NCBI GenBank assembly: GCA_038748405.1 | Contig: JBCDIX010000020.1 | Location: forward strand, 51,457 to 75,456 | Direction: 5' to 3' | DNA length: 24,000 nucleotides | DNA from: Cyanobacteria bacterium P01_H01_bin.21 | GTDB lineage: Bacteria; Cyanobacteriota; Cyanobacteriia; Phormidesmidales; Phormidesmidaceae | Part shown: positions 7,626 through 14,196 of the stretch, in pieces | How the letters are laid out: each line of letters starts with the position of its first letter | How positions within the stretch are numbered: position 1 is the stretch's first letter | Translations under genes and position numbers: made by a program | Notes under the pieces: model-generated | Database searches by the model: none | Told to the model about the DNA's origin: nothing | Seen by the model: the letters and a program-made list of their open reading frames with translations, nothing else

Positions 7626-7668
7626 ACGGATGATTGTAGAGGCACGCAACGTCTCTACAATCATCCGT
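7626..7668. repeat. 16-bp-stem hairpin ACGGATGATTGTAGAG-(11 nt)-CTCTACAATCATCCGT; possible futA terminator and a member of the ATTGTAG...CTACAAT repeat family
   Basis: The arms are exact reverse complements (read directly). It begins 19 nt after the futA stop. It shares the ATTGTAG(R)GGC...CTACAAT core with the palindrome at 1774-1815. No U-tract follows it. Confidence 0.55.
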
Positions 7669-7704
7669 CAATTGCTATATAAAATCCTTATCCCTTAGCT
7701 AGAC

Positions 7705-8358
7705 ATGTTGTTTCAAATTCCAGAGGTGCTCTCTGCAGCCGAGCTAACTCAAATACGCGAGGCTTTGGCAACCGCTGAATTTATAGACGGTAAGACAACT
7801 GCTGGCTGGTATGCCAAACAAGTCAAACACAATCAGCAGCTTAAGCAGGGGGTGGGCCAACCGTTAGCGTCTGTGGTTAAAGCCGCCCTCAATCGTCATC
7901 CTCTCTTTCAGGTAGCCGTGCGTCCTAGACAGGTCCATAGCCTGCGCTTTAGTCGTTACGGTGAGGGTATGTCCTACGGCACCCATGCCGACAATGCCAT
8001 GATGGGTAGCTACCGTTCAGATGTGTCCTTTACGCTTTTTTTGAGTGCACCCGCTGATTACGATGGAGGCGAGTTGGTAATTGAGGGAGCCGATGATGAA
8101 AAAGCCTACAAGTTGCCAGCCGGTAGCGCCATCGTCTATCCCTCATCCACCCTGCATCGGGTCAATGAGGTCACCAAAGGTACGCGCCTTGTCGTTGTGG
8201 GCTGGGTACAGAGTTTAGTCCGCGATCCGTCTCAGCGAGAGCTACTGTTTGATATCGACACGGTGCGGCGTTCTTTATTTGCCCAACATGGCAAAACCAA
8301 CGAGTTTGATCTGCTATCCAAAAGCGTCTCTAATCTGCTGAGACAATGGGCAGATTAG
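7705..8358 (+). CDS. piuC: PKHD-type Fe(II)/2-oxoglutarate-dependent hydroxylase (PiuC/YbiX family)
   Basis: 217 aa. The N-terminus MLFQIPEVLSAAEL..IR..L....F.DGK.TAG is typical of YbiX/PiuC. It has a 2OG-oxygenase HxD...H triad (YGTHADNA ... YPSSTLHRV) and an RxS-type region (GTRLVVVGW). Confidence 0.85.
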   Translation: MLFQIPEVLSAAELTQIREALATAEFIDGKTTAGWYAKQVKHNQQLKQGVGQPLASVVKAALNRHPLFQVAVRPRQVHSLRFSRYGEGMSYGTHADNAMMGSYRSDVSFTLFLSAPADYDGGELVIEGADDEKAYKLPAGSAIVYPSSTLHRVNEVTKGTRLVVVGWVQSLVRDPSQRELLFDIDTVRRSLFAQHGKTNEFDLLSKSVSNLLRQWAD

Positions 8359-8367
8359 GCACACCAA

Positions 8368-8415
8368 GCGCTAACGCTTCATCAGGCGCTAACGCTTCAT
8401 CAGGCGCTGACGCAC
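8368..8415. repeat. Tandem 18-bp repeat GCGCTAACGCTTCATCAG x2, plus a 12-bp partial third unit
   Basis: Read directly: GCGCTAACGCTTCATCAG GCGCTAACGCTTCATCAG GCGCTGACGCAC. It spans the 3' end and stop codon of the sulfotransferase gene and fills the gap to the convergent piuC stop. Confidence 0.9.
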
Positions 8416-9210
8416 AAAACTTCTCAGGTCAGAATAATAGGCCAGGGCTGTCTCAGGTATCCACTGGTAATATCTCAACCAGCGTTCGTTAACATCGTTG
8501 CCCTGTTTCTTAGTCGCCTGAGTAATCTCTAGACCCTCCTCAGGAAGCTCGATATCAGCAAACGACAAAATCCGCTGAATTATGTCGGGAAACTCTCGTA
8601 CTAAATCCTCATAGACAACTTCAAAAAATGGCACGTTGTTGGCGTTAAAAAACGAAACCCAGTTTTCATTTCGCCTCTTTAGACCTTGAACATATCGATA
8701 AATATTTAGGGGCTTAAATACCAGCTTATTTTTTTTATTAGAGACGCTTGAGCCTTTTAGAACCGTATACACTCCGGTTTGACGGGCAATTTCCATTGAA
8801 ATCGCCTGTTTAGCTAGATTGTTACGCCGGATAAAAATGAAACAGGGGTTAGGAAAAAACAGGGTCAGAAGCTCTAGGTTTGACTTTGATGCCAGTGTAG
8901 AATCGGTGCGGGCTATTTTGGCCAAATTTGTCATATGGTCCCAGTGCAGCTTAACCCCAAACACTTGATTGGGGGTTTTTCCTGTCTGATAAACCTTAGG
9001 AAGATACTGATAAAGCTCATCCGCTAAGGCATGAACTGAATTGCGAGCTAATTCCTGGGGTATAAAGAATTCTTCAGCCTTACCAATACAATTTAAGCTG
9101 CTCAGTGTTTTGCACAGCAGTGTGCTACCCGAGCGCCCAGTGGAGCAAATAATGACGCTTTTAACCGGCAATAAGTGGGCGGGTACAGCCTCAGTAAACG
9201 ATACGGGCAT
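8389..9210 (-). CDS. Stf0-family sulfotransferase (PAPS-dependent, trehalose-2-sulfotransferase-like)
   Basis: It has the 5'-PSB loop VIICSTGRSGSTLLCKTL followed by EEFF. It also has GVKLHWDHM, IFIRRNNLAKQAISMEIARQTG, and a C-terminal W..FF..NNVPFFEVVYEDL / ....NERWLRYY pattern as in mycobacterial Stf0. The ORF stays open up to a TTG at 9306. I prefer the ATG at 9210 (AGGA 5 nt upstream); ATGs at 9249 and 9240 are also possible. The gene is visibly AT-rich, with hand-counted 60-nt lines at 32-38% GC against 48-62% in its neighbours. Confidence 0.75.
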   Translation of the reverse strand: MPVSFTEAVPAHLLPVKSVIICSTGRSGSTLLCKTLSSLNCIGKAEEFFIPQELARNSVHALADELYQYLPKVYQTGKTPNQVFGVKLHWDHMTNLAKIARTDSTLASKSNLELLTLFFPNPCFIFIRRNNLAKQAISMEIARQTGVYTVLKGSSVSNKKNKLVFKPLNIYRYVQGLKRRNENWVSFFNANNVPFFEVVYEDLVREFPDIIQRILSFADIELPEEGLEITQATKKQGNDVNERWLRYYQWIPETALAYYSDLRSFVRQRLMKR

Positions 9211-9356
9211 TGAGATCCTATCGGTGACGCCACTAAACATTAAACCCATATCAGAAGATAGCCAAAGCAGCCATAGCTTCCAATATGGGTTTTCATAACC
9301 GGCCAAAAGCAGCAGAGAGTTTTGCCTAAGCGCTGTAATGCTAAAGCAGCATCGCT

Positions 9357-9884
9357 CTAATAAGCATCCTGCAGTTCGTAAAAGTCGGGTGAGATATAGT
9401 CTTTGCGTAGCGGCCAGCCTACCCAGTCTTCTGGCATGAGCAATCGCTTCATGTTTGGATGCCCTTCATAGACAATGCCATACATGTCGTAACTTTCTCG
9501 CTCTTGCCAGTCAGCCGCTTTCCAAATCCAGTAGACCGAAGGAACCTTAGGATTCTCTCGTGGAAGATAGACCTTGACACGAACCTCCTCAGGGCGGTCG
9601 GCATTATCGCTAACTTTTAGTAGGTGATAAAAACTAACCAACGGTTTGCCAGGGCCCGCATCGTAAGCCCCCTGACACTGCAGATAGTTAAATCCATGGG
9701 CATAGAGCGCAGTGCAGAATGGAATCAAGAAGGCGGAGTCCACCTTGAGCATTTCAACACCGAGGTGATCACGCTCCATAATCTCATGGGCAAATCCCTG
9801 CTGAGTCAGCCAGGTAGAGACAGGACCAGCCTCCACTAAAGTACCGGCTTCTTCAGCAGCGGGCTTAGTTTCTTCATCAGCCAT
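9357..9884 (-). CDS. ndhJ: NAD(P)H-quinone oxidoreductase (NDH-1) subunit J
   Basis: 175 aa. Blocks GPVSTWL...[74 protein letters not shown] are unmistakably NdhJ. The gene overlaps ndhK by 8 nt. Confidence 0.95.
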   Translation of the reverse strand: MADEETKPAAEEAGTLVEAGPVSTWLTQQGFAHEIMERDHLGVEMLKVDSAFLIPFCTALYAHGFNYLQCQGAYDAGPGKPLVSFYHLLKVSDNADRPEEVRVKVYLPRENPKVPSVYWIWKAADWQERESYDMYGIVYEGHPNMKRLLMPEDWVGWPLRKDYISPDFYELQDAY

Positions 9885-10620
9885 TGGTCTCTCCCTCCTG
9901 TACAGCCTTTTCCGACTCGGGCAGGTTCATGGGCATGCCCATGGCCTGCATCAGCTCCTTAGGCGGTGCTTCACGAGTACCAGAGCGGAGATAGCTACCG
10001 GTCAAAATTGGATCTACCACCTCAAGCTTGTGGCTACGGGTGTAATAGCGATGGGTCTGCTCTAAGATGCCGCGCTCGCGCATAGACTCATTGGCCACCT
10101 TCTTGCGCAGCTTGATCACGGCATCAAAAATAGCCTCTGGGCGGGGGGGGCAACCGGGAATGTACACATCCACTGGAATTAGCTTGTCAACGCCTCGCAC
10201 TGCCGAAGGCGAGTCAACACTAAACATACCGCCCGTAATCGTGCAGGCTCCCATAGCGATAACGTATTTGGGCTCGGGCATCTGCTCATAGAGTCGCACC
10301 AGAGCTGGTGCCATCTTCATCGTGACAGTACCAGCCGTAATCAGTAGGTCTGCCTGACGTGGGCTAGAACGAGGGGCCAGCCCAAATCGGTCAAAGTCAA
10401 ATCTAGACCCCAATAGGGCAGCAAACTCAATAAAACAGCAGGCTGTACCGTATAGCAGCGGAAACAAACTGGATAAACGAGTCCAGTTATAAATGTCATC
10501 AACGGTTGTGAGAATCACATTCTCGGAGAGCTCCTGAGTAACCGCTGGTGGGGCGGCCGGGTTCATGACCCGCTCATTGTCGCCAATTAAAGAACTGTTT
10601 GCCGGTGACTTTATGACCAT
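9877..10620 (-). CDS. ndhK: NAD(P)H-quinone oxidoreductase (NDH-1) subunit K
   Basis: 247 aa. Blocks [84 protein letters not shown] and [10 protein letters not shown] identify the Fe-S cluster N2 subunit. The ATG start overlaps the ndhC 3' end by 10 nt, as in other cyanobacteria and in plastids. Confidence 0.95.
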   Translation of the reverse strand: MVIKSPANSSLIGDNERVMNPAAPPAVTQELSENVILTTVDDIYNWTRLSSLFPLLYGTACCFIEFAALLGSRFDFDRFGLAPRSSPRQADLLITAGTVTMKMAPALVRLYEQMPEPKYVIAMGACTITGGMFSVDSPSAVRGVDKLIPVDVYIPGCPPRPEAIFDAVIKLRKKVANESMRERGILEQTHRYYTRSHKLEVVDPILTGSYLRSGTREAPPKELMQAMGMPMNLPESEKAVQEGETNG

Positions 10621-10973
10621 TCCAATGCTCCTTTACGCCATGCGTAAACCAGACCGATAAGCAAAATTGCGATAAATATCAGTGCCTCTACAAATGCAAG
10701 CACGCCAAGCTTGTGAAAGGCGACCGCCCATGGATATAGAAAGACAGTCTCAACGTCAAAAATGACGAAGACCAGGGCAAACATGTAATAGCGAATGTTG
10801 AACTGAATCCAGGCACCGCCAATGGGCTCCATCCCTGATTCATAAGTAGTTCGTCGAGCAGCCCCTGTGCCTTTGGCTCCAAGGAGCTTTGCGGCTCCCA
10901 ATGCCAGTACGGGCACCAGGCTACAGATAATCAAAAAGAGTAGAAAGTATTCGTATCCGGTTAGTACAAACAC
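10611..10973 (-). CDS. ndhC: NAD(P)H-quinone oxidoreductase (NDH-1) subunit 3 (NdhC)
   Basis: 120 aa: [25 protein letters not shown]...[43 protein letters not shown]...WRKGALEWS. This is nearly collinear with Synechocystis NdhC. The start codon is GTG (10971-10973). Confidence 0.95.
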   Translation of the reverse strand: MFVLTGYEYFLLFLIICSLVPVLALGAAKLLGAKGTGAARRTTYESGMEPIGGAWIQFNIRYYMFALVFVIFDVETVFLYPWAVAFHKLGVLAFVEALIFIAILLIGLVYAWRKGALEWS

Positions 10974-11224
10974 GCGTGTTCTTTAATTTTTCTCCGAGTG
11001 GGCTAGATTGCCCCCAATAAGCTTACTTCTATTCTAGTCAGCTGTGTAGGTGAATCCCACCGCGATAGAAAAATCTGGCAATAAAAAAGATAAGACCTTC
11101 CCATAGACAGATCTGATCAGTGGAGCTGCGATGATCGCTACAGATGTCATACAGATGCTCATATTTGTGAGAGACGCAACCTGGTATGTAATAATTGTTA
11201 ACATCGACGCTACCGGAAAACCCC

Positions 11225-11611
11225 ATGAGTACTGAGCCTGATGCTAAGCCATTGGCGGATGCACCTGAGACCGATGAGCCGTCTGCACCGCCCACACCTT
11301 ATGAGATGGATCGCTACGAGTGTCGCCCCTGCGGCTACACTTACGAACCGGTTAAGGGGGACGGCAGGGTTAATATTGCTCCAGGGGTACCGTTTACAGA
11401 TTTACCGATTACCTGGCGCTGTCCGGTCTGTGGTTCGCGCCCCAAATTATTTACCAACATTGGCCCGGCTGGTAAACCGTCAGGATTTAGTGAGAACCTA
11501 GGATATGGTCTGGGTGTGAATGTCCTGACCCCTGGCCAAAAGAACATTCTCATTTTTGGGGCCTTGGCAATAGGGTTTCTATTCTTTATGAGCTTGTACG
11601 GCCTGAAGTAA
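11225..11611 (+). CDS. rubA: Membrane-anchored rubredoxin RubA (PSII/PSI biogenesis)
   Basis: It has a rubredoxin fold with two CxxC knuckles (YECRPCGYTYEP ... WRCPVCGSRP) followed by a C-terminal TM helix (ILIFGALAIGFLFFMSLYGL). I prefer the ATG at 11225 over the track's TTG at 11195. It lies directly upstream of ycf48-psbEFLJ, as in other cyanobacteria. Confidence 0.9.
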   Translation: MSTEPDAKPLADAPETDEPSAPPTPYEMDRYECRPCGYTYEPVKGDGRVNIAPGVPFTDLPITWRCPVCGSRPKLFTNIGPAGKPSGFSENLGYGLGVNVLTPGQKNILIFGALAIGFLFFMSLYGLK

Positions 11612-11677
11612 GGTTTGGTGGGTCGCTGAGTCTAGGACTCGTGTCTAAGTGTGTTTATTTGTCTTGATTTAGTAGAG

Positions 11678-12730
11678 ATGCAAACGGTTTTAACGGACTT
11701 TTTTAATGGGCGAGCGGCCATTGGGCTTAAGCGGCTGATGCTGATTGCGATCGCAATCCTCACGGTTGGCTGTACAAAGTTTTTTCTGCCATCCCTTGAG
11801 GGCAATCCATGGCAAATGATTGCCCTGGAGACCGATTCCACCTTTTCCGATTTGGCCTTTACCCAAGATGCTAGCCATGGCTGGTTAGTGGGCAGTCGGT
11901 CCACCCTGTTTGAGACCAATGACGGTGGCGAAACTTGGGAACAGCGGGGACTCGATCTGGGCGAGCAGCGCTACACCTTTACTTCGGTAAGCTTTGCGGG
12001 TGATGAAGGCTGGGTATCTGGGTTACCCAGCGTGTTGTTGCACACCACAGATGGCGGTAAATCTTGGGCCAATGTGCCTCTGAGCGCTCAGCTACCCGGT
12101 GGTCCGCTATTAGTGACAGCGTTGGGTAAAGGGTCCGTTGAAATGGCCACCGATGTAGGCGCCATTTATCGCACTGAGGACAGCGGTCGAAACTGGACCG
12201 CTTTGGTTCAAGCAGCGGTAGGCGTTGTGCGTAACATGACCCGTGGTGACGATGGCCGCTATGTAGCCGTTTCGTCACGAGGGAACTTCTATTCCACATG
12301 GGAGCCTGGTCAAGGAAGCTGGCAGCCCCATAACCGAGAAAACTCTAAGCGTTTGCAAAGCATGGGCTTCACCAGTGACGGTAACCTCTGGCTAATTGCC
12401 CGAGGCGGCCAGATGCAGTTTAGCCAACCCGACGCAGAGCCAGATGCTGTTAAGTATGAAACTTGGGGTGAGCCTCTAAAGCCTGAAGTTGCCACTAGCT
12501 GGGGTTTTCTAGACATTGGTTATCGGACGGATAGCGAGCTTTGGGTAAGCGGCGGCAGCGGTACGCTGTTAATGAGCCCAGACGGGGGTGAAACTTGGTT
12601 AAAGGACGAGCCCGTTGGGAATGTGCCCTCCAATCTGTATCGAGTCAAGTTCTTTAGTGGGGATCAAGGTTTTATTCTTGGGCAGCGTGGCTACTTACTA
12701 CGCTACTCCCCCGATGACGCAACGGTTTAA
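11678..12730 (+). CDS. ycf48: Photosystem II assembly/stability factor Ycf48 (HCF136 homologue), lipoprotein
   Basis: It has a lipobox LTVGC, then NPWQ..AL.TDSTFSDLAFT and repeated beta-propeller blades (GWLVGSRSTLFETNDGGETWEQR, LLHTTDGGKSWANV, IYRTEDSGRNWTAL, LLMSPDGGETWLKD). I prefer the ATG at 11678 over the track's GTG at 11651. The exact start is uncertain. Confidence 0.9.
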   Translation: MQTVLTDFFNGRAAIGLKRLMLIAIAILTVGCTKFFLPSLEGNPWQMIALETDSTFSDLAFTQDASHGWLVGSRSTLFETNDGGETWEQRGLDLGEQRYTFTSVSFAGDEGWVSGLPSVLLHTTDGGKSWANVPLSAQLPGGPLLVTALGKGSVEMATDVGAIYRTEDSGRNWTALVQAAVGVVRNMTRGDDGRYVAVSSRGNFYSTWEPGQGSWQPHNRENSKRLQSMGFTSDGNLWLIARGGQMQFSQPDAEPDAVKYETWGEPLKPEVATSWGFLDIGYRTDSELWVSGGSGTLLMSPDGGETWLKDEPVGNVPSNLYRVKFFSGDQGFILGQRGYLLRYSPDDATV

Positions 12731-12798
12731 GTCTGCGTTTCATCATCTACTAACGGGTAAATGACAGGCCTATCTGTGAAGGAATCCTTAATCGTCGC

Positions 12799-12828
12799 TT
12801 GATAGGGATATGCCCTGTTCTCTATGAT
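12799..12828 (+). promoter_or_regulatory. Candidate sigma70-type promoter for psbEFLJ (TTGATA-N18-TATGAT)
   Basis: Read directly: -35 TTGATA at 12799-12804 and -10 TATGAT at 12823-12828, about 110 nt upstream of the psbE ATG. This is pattern-only evidence and other weaker candidates exist. Confidence 0.25.
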
Positions 12829-12937
12829 GTTACTAAACACTTTTCATATCCACACCCACACTTTTTAGTCATAAAAACTTTGGGGTTACTGCTGGATATA
12901 AATCAACGCCTATTCGCTGTTAAGAGGAAATTGTGCA

Positions 12938-13183
12938 ATGGCAGGTTCTACCGGAGAACGACCTTTTTCAGACATTATCACTAGCATTCGTTACTGGATC
13001 ATCCACAGCATTACTATCCCAGCTCTGTTTATTGCAGGTTGGTTGTTTGTATCCACTGGTCTTGCTTACGACGTTTTTGGTACCCCTCGTCCCAACGAGT
13101 ACTTCCCCAGCAATCAGGTTCAGGTGCCGATTCTTGAGAACCGGTTTGACGCCGACAACCAAATTACCGAGTTTGGTAATTAA
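12938..13183 (+). CDS. psbE: Cytochrome b559 alpha subunit
   Basis: 81 aa: [56 protein letters not shown]... This is canonical PsbE, including the haem-ligand His in [12 protein letters not shown]. Confidence 0.97.
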   Translation: MAGSTGERPFSDIITSIRYWIIHSITIPALFIAGWLFVSTGLAYDVFGTPRPNEYFPSNQVQVPILENRFDADNQITEFGN

Positions 13184-13222
13184 CTTTCCCCATCGATTGT
13201 CAATTGAGATTGGAATTCCCTT

Positions 13223-13357
13223 ATGACCAGCAGAAATCCTAACGAGCCTATCGTTTACCCTATTTTTACGGTACGTTGGCTTTCCGTACATGCTCTTGGT
13301 GTCCCCTCGGTCTTTTTCTTGGGTGCCATTGCTGCAATGCAGTTTATTCAGCGATAG
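13223..13357 (+). CDS. psbF: Cytochrome b559 beta subunit
   Basis: Hand-translated and below the ORF-track size cutoff: [44 protein letters not shown] (44 aa). This is canonical PsbF with His in RWLSVHAL. The stop is TAG at 13355-13357. Confidence 0.95.
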   Translation: MTSRNPNEPIVYPIFTVRWLSVHALGVPSVFFLGAIAAMQFIQR

Positions 13358-13366
13358 GAGATTACA

Positions 13367-13486
13367 GTGGATAGAACCCCAAATCCAAATAAGCAGCCTG
13401 TCGAGCTAAACCGGACCTCTTTGTTTCTTGGTTTACTTCTCGTCTTTGTTCTAGGTCTGTTGTTTTCAAGCTACTTCTTTAACTAA
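13367..13486 (+). CDS. psbL: Photosystem II protein L
   Basis: Hand-translated: (GTG)[39 protein letters not shown] (39 aa). This is canonical PsbL. The only possible start aligning with the family N-terminus is GTG at 13367, with GGAG 6 nt upstream. Confidence 0.9.
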   Translation: MDRTPNPNKQPVELNRTSLFLGLLLVFVLGLLFSSYFFN

Positions 13487-13567
13487 AAGACAGCGGGTGT
13501 AGGTGGCTTAAAGGCTGTTTACACTCATTTTTCAAATGAGAGTAGGCGATAGATAGGAGATAAATGC

Positions 13568-13687
13568 ATGTTTAAGAATGGACGAATCCCTCTTTGGATC
13601 GTGGCAACGGTTGCTGGCACTGGTGTGCTGGTAGTCGTCGGTCTATTTTTCTATGGTGCTTATGCTGGCGTTGGTTCAGGTGTCTAG
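13568..13687 (+). CDS. psbJ: Photosystem II protein J
   Basis: Hand-translated: [39 protein letters not shown] (39 aa). This is canonical PsbJ. GGAG lies upstream (ataGGAGataaatgcATG). Confidence 0.93.
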   Translation: MFKNGRIPLWIVATVAGTGVLVVVGLFFYGAYAGVGSGV

Positions 13688-13698
13688 TTCCAGTTGTC

Positions 13699-13738
13699 TT
13701 TAGAGGCTGTGACAAGCTTTTTTGTTACAGCCTCTAAA
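13699..13738 (+). terminator. 17-bp stem-loop downstream of psbJ (TTTAGAGGCTGTGACAA-gctttt-TTGTTACAGCCTCTAAA)
   Basis: Read directly. All 17 positions pair, one of them as a G-U pair. It starts 12 nt after the psbJ stop. There is no trailing U-tract, so it may stabilise or process the mRNA 3' end rather than act as the main terminator. Confidence 0.45.
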
Positions 13739-13782
13739 CACATTGGTTCTACTTGCCAAAAAGCACAAATGACCTAGCATGG

Positions 13783-13824
13783 CATCGAAAAGCCCCGTAG
13801 AGAACTCTACGGGGCTTTTCGATG
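13783..13824. terminator. Bidirectional rho-independent terminator (CATCGAAAAGCCCCGTAGAG-aa-CTCTACGGGGCTTTTCGATG)
   Basis: The 20-nt arms are perfect complements. The GC-rich core GCCCCGTAGAG/CTCTACGGGGC is flanked by an A-tract on one side and a T-tract on the other. It therefore looks like a terminator on both strands. It lies between the convergent psbEFLJ operon (+) and the minus-strand genes. Confidence 0.6.
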
Positions 13825-13884
13825 TTGAACTATTCTGGATGCTTATGTTATTGAATCCAGGTGGCTATAGATATACTGACCACC

Positions 13885-13995
13885 CTATGCCGATGTCTCT
13901 TCTTGCTCCACATACAGAAACATCGCAATCATGAATGCAAACGCATGAATAGCTACGATGGGAACCATAACTTGAGGCAAAAGGGATGTATCCAT
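13885..13995 (-). CDS. Candidate 36-aa single-pass membrane micro-protein (unannotated, family unknown)
   Basis: Hand-translated from the reverse complement: MDTSLLPQVMVPIVAIHAFAFMIAMFLYVEQEETSA, with stop TAG at 13885-13887. GGAG lies 9 nt upstream of the ATG (gataGGAGacttgatatATG). It has one hydrophobic helix and an acidic tail. It sits between the upstream minus-strand gene and the bidirectional terminator. I have no homology evidence. Confidence 0.3.
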   Translation of the reverse strand: MDTSLLPQVMVPIVAIHAFAFMIAMFLYVEQEETSA

Positions 13996-14196
13996 ATATC
14001 AAGTCTCCTATCTCTCAATCGTGAGCAAACGCTCTAAAGATCTCAACGTTTCACATCTAAGGCTGTATTCTTCCGCAGAGGAAGCTTAACTCAGCCCAGA
14101 TGCAGGTCTATGACCTAGACTTTAATTTACTGCGATTTGATCCGGCATACATCGATTGTTTAGAAAGTTTGCATTAAATGTAGGTTCACAACGATG

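Noticed and set aside
11187-11203. TGTAATAATTGTTAACA upstream of rubA, resembling an NtcA site (GTA-N8-TAC)
   Set aside because: The downstream half-site reads TAA/AAC rather than TAC at the required spacing. The TGTTAACA palindrome alone is too short to interpret.
11038-11553. Track ORFs 11038-11295(-), 11241-11501(+) and 11341-11553(-), around rubA
   Set aside because: They overlap rubA in other frames or on the opposite strand. rubA has clear rubredoxin CxxC knuckles and a TM anchor. The alternatives are Gly/Ser/Arg-rich and look spurious.
11632-12516. Four minus-strand ORFs (11632-11919, 11690-11878, 11979-12299, 12310-12516) antisense to ycf48
   Set aside because: Open antisense frames are typical of a GC-rich coding region. 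Ycf48 beta-propeller repeats clearly identify the plus strand as coding.
12799-13291. Track ORFs 12799-12984(+), 12933-13226(+) and 12968-13291(-), overlapping psbE/psbF
   Set aside because: They occupy alternative frames or the antisense strand of the unmistakable psbE and psbF genes. Their products have no recognisable features.
13885-13995. Possibility that the 36-aa micro-ORF is psbM
   Set aside because: Only the length and a C-terminal LYV(E/Q)..E resemblance support the idea. The N-terminus and TM helix do not match the conserved PsbM sequence (M-E/Q-V-N-x-L-G-F-I-A…). It is kept as an unknown candidate instead.
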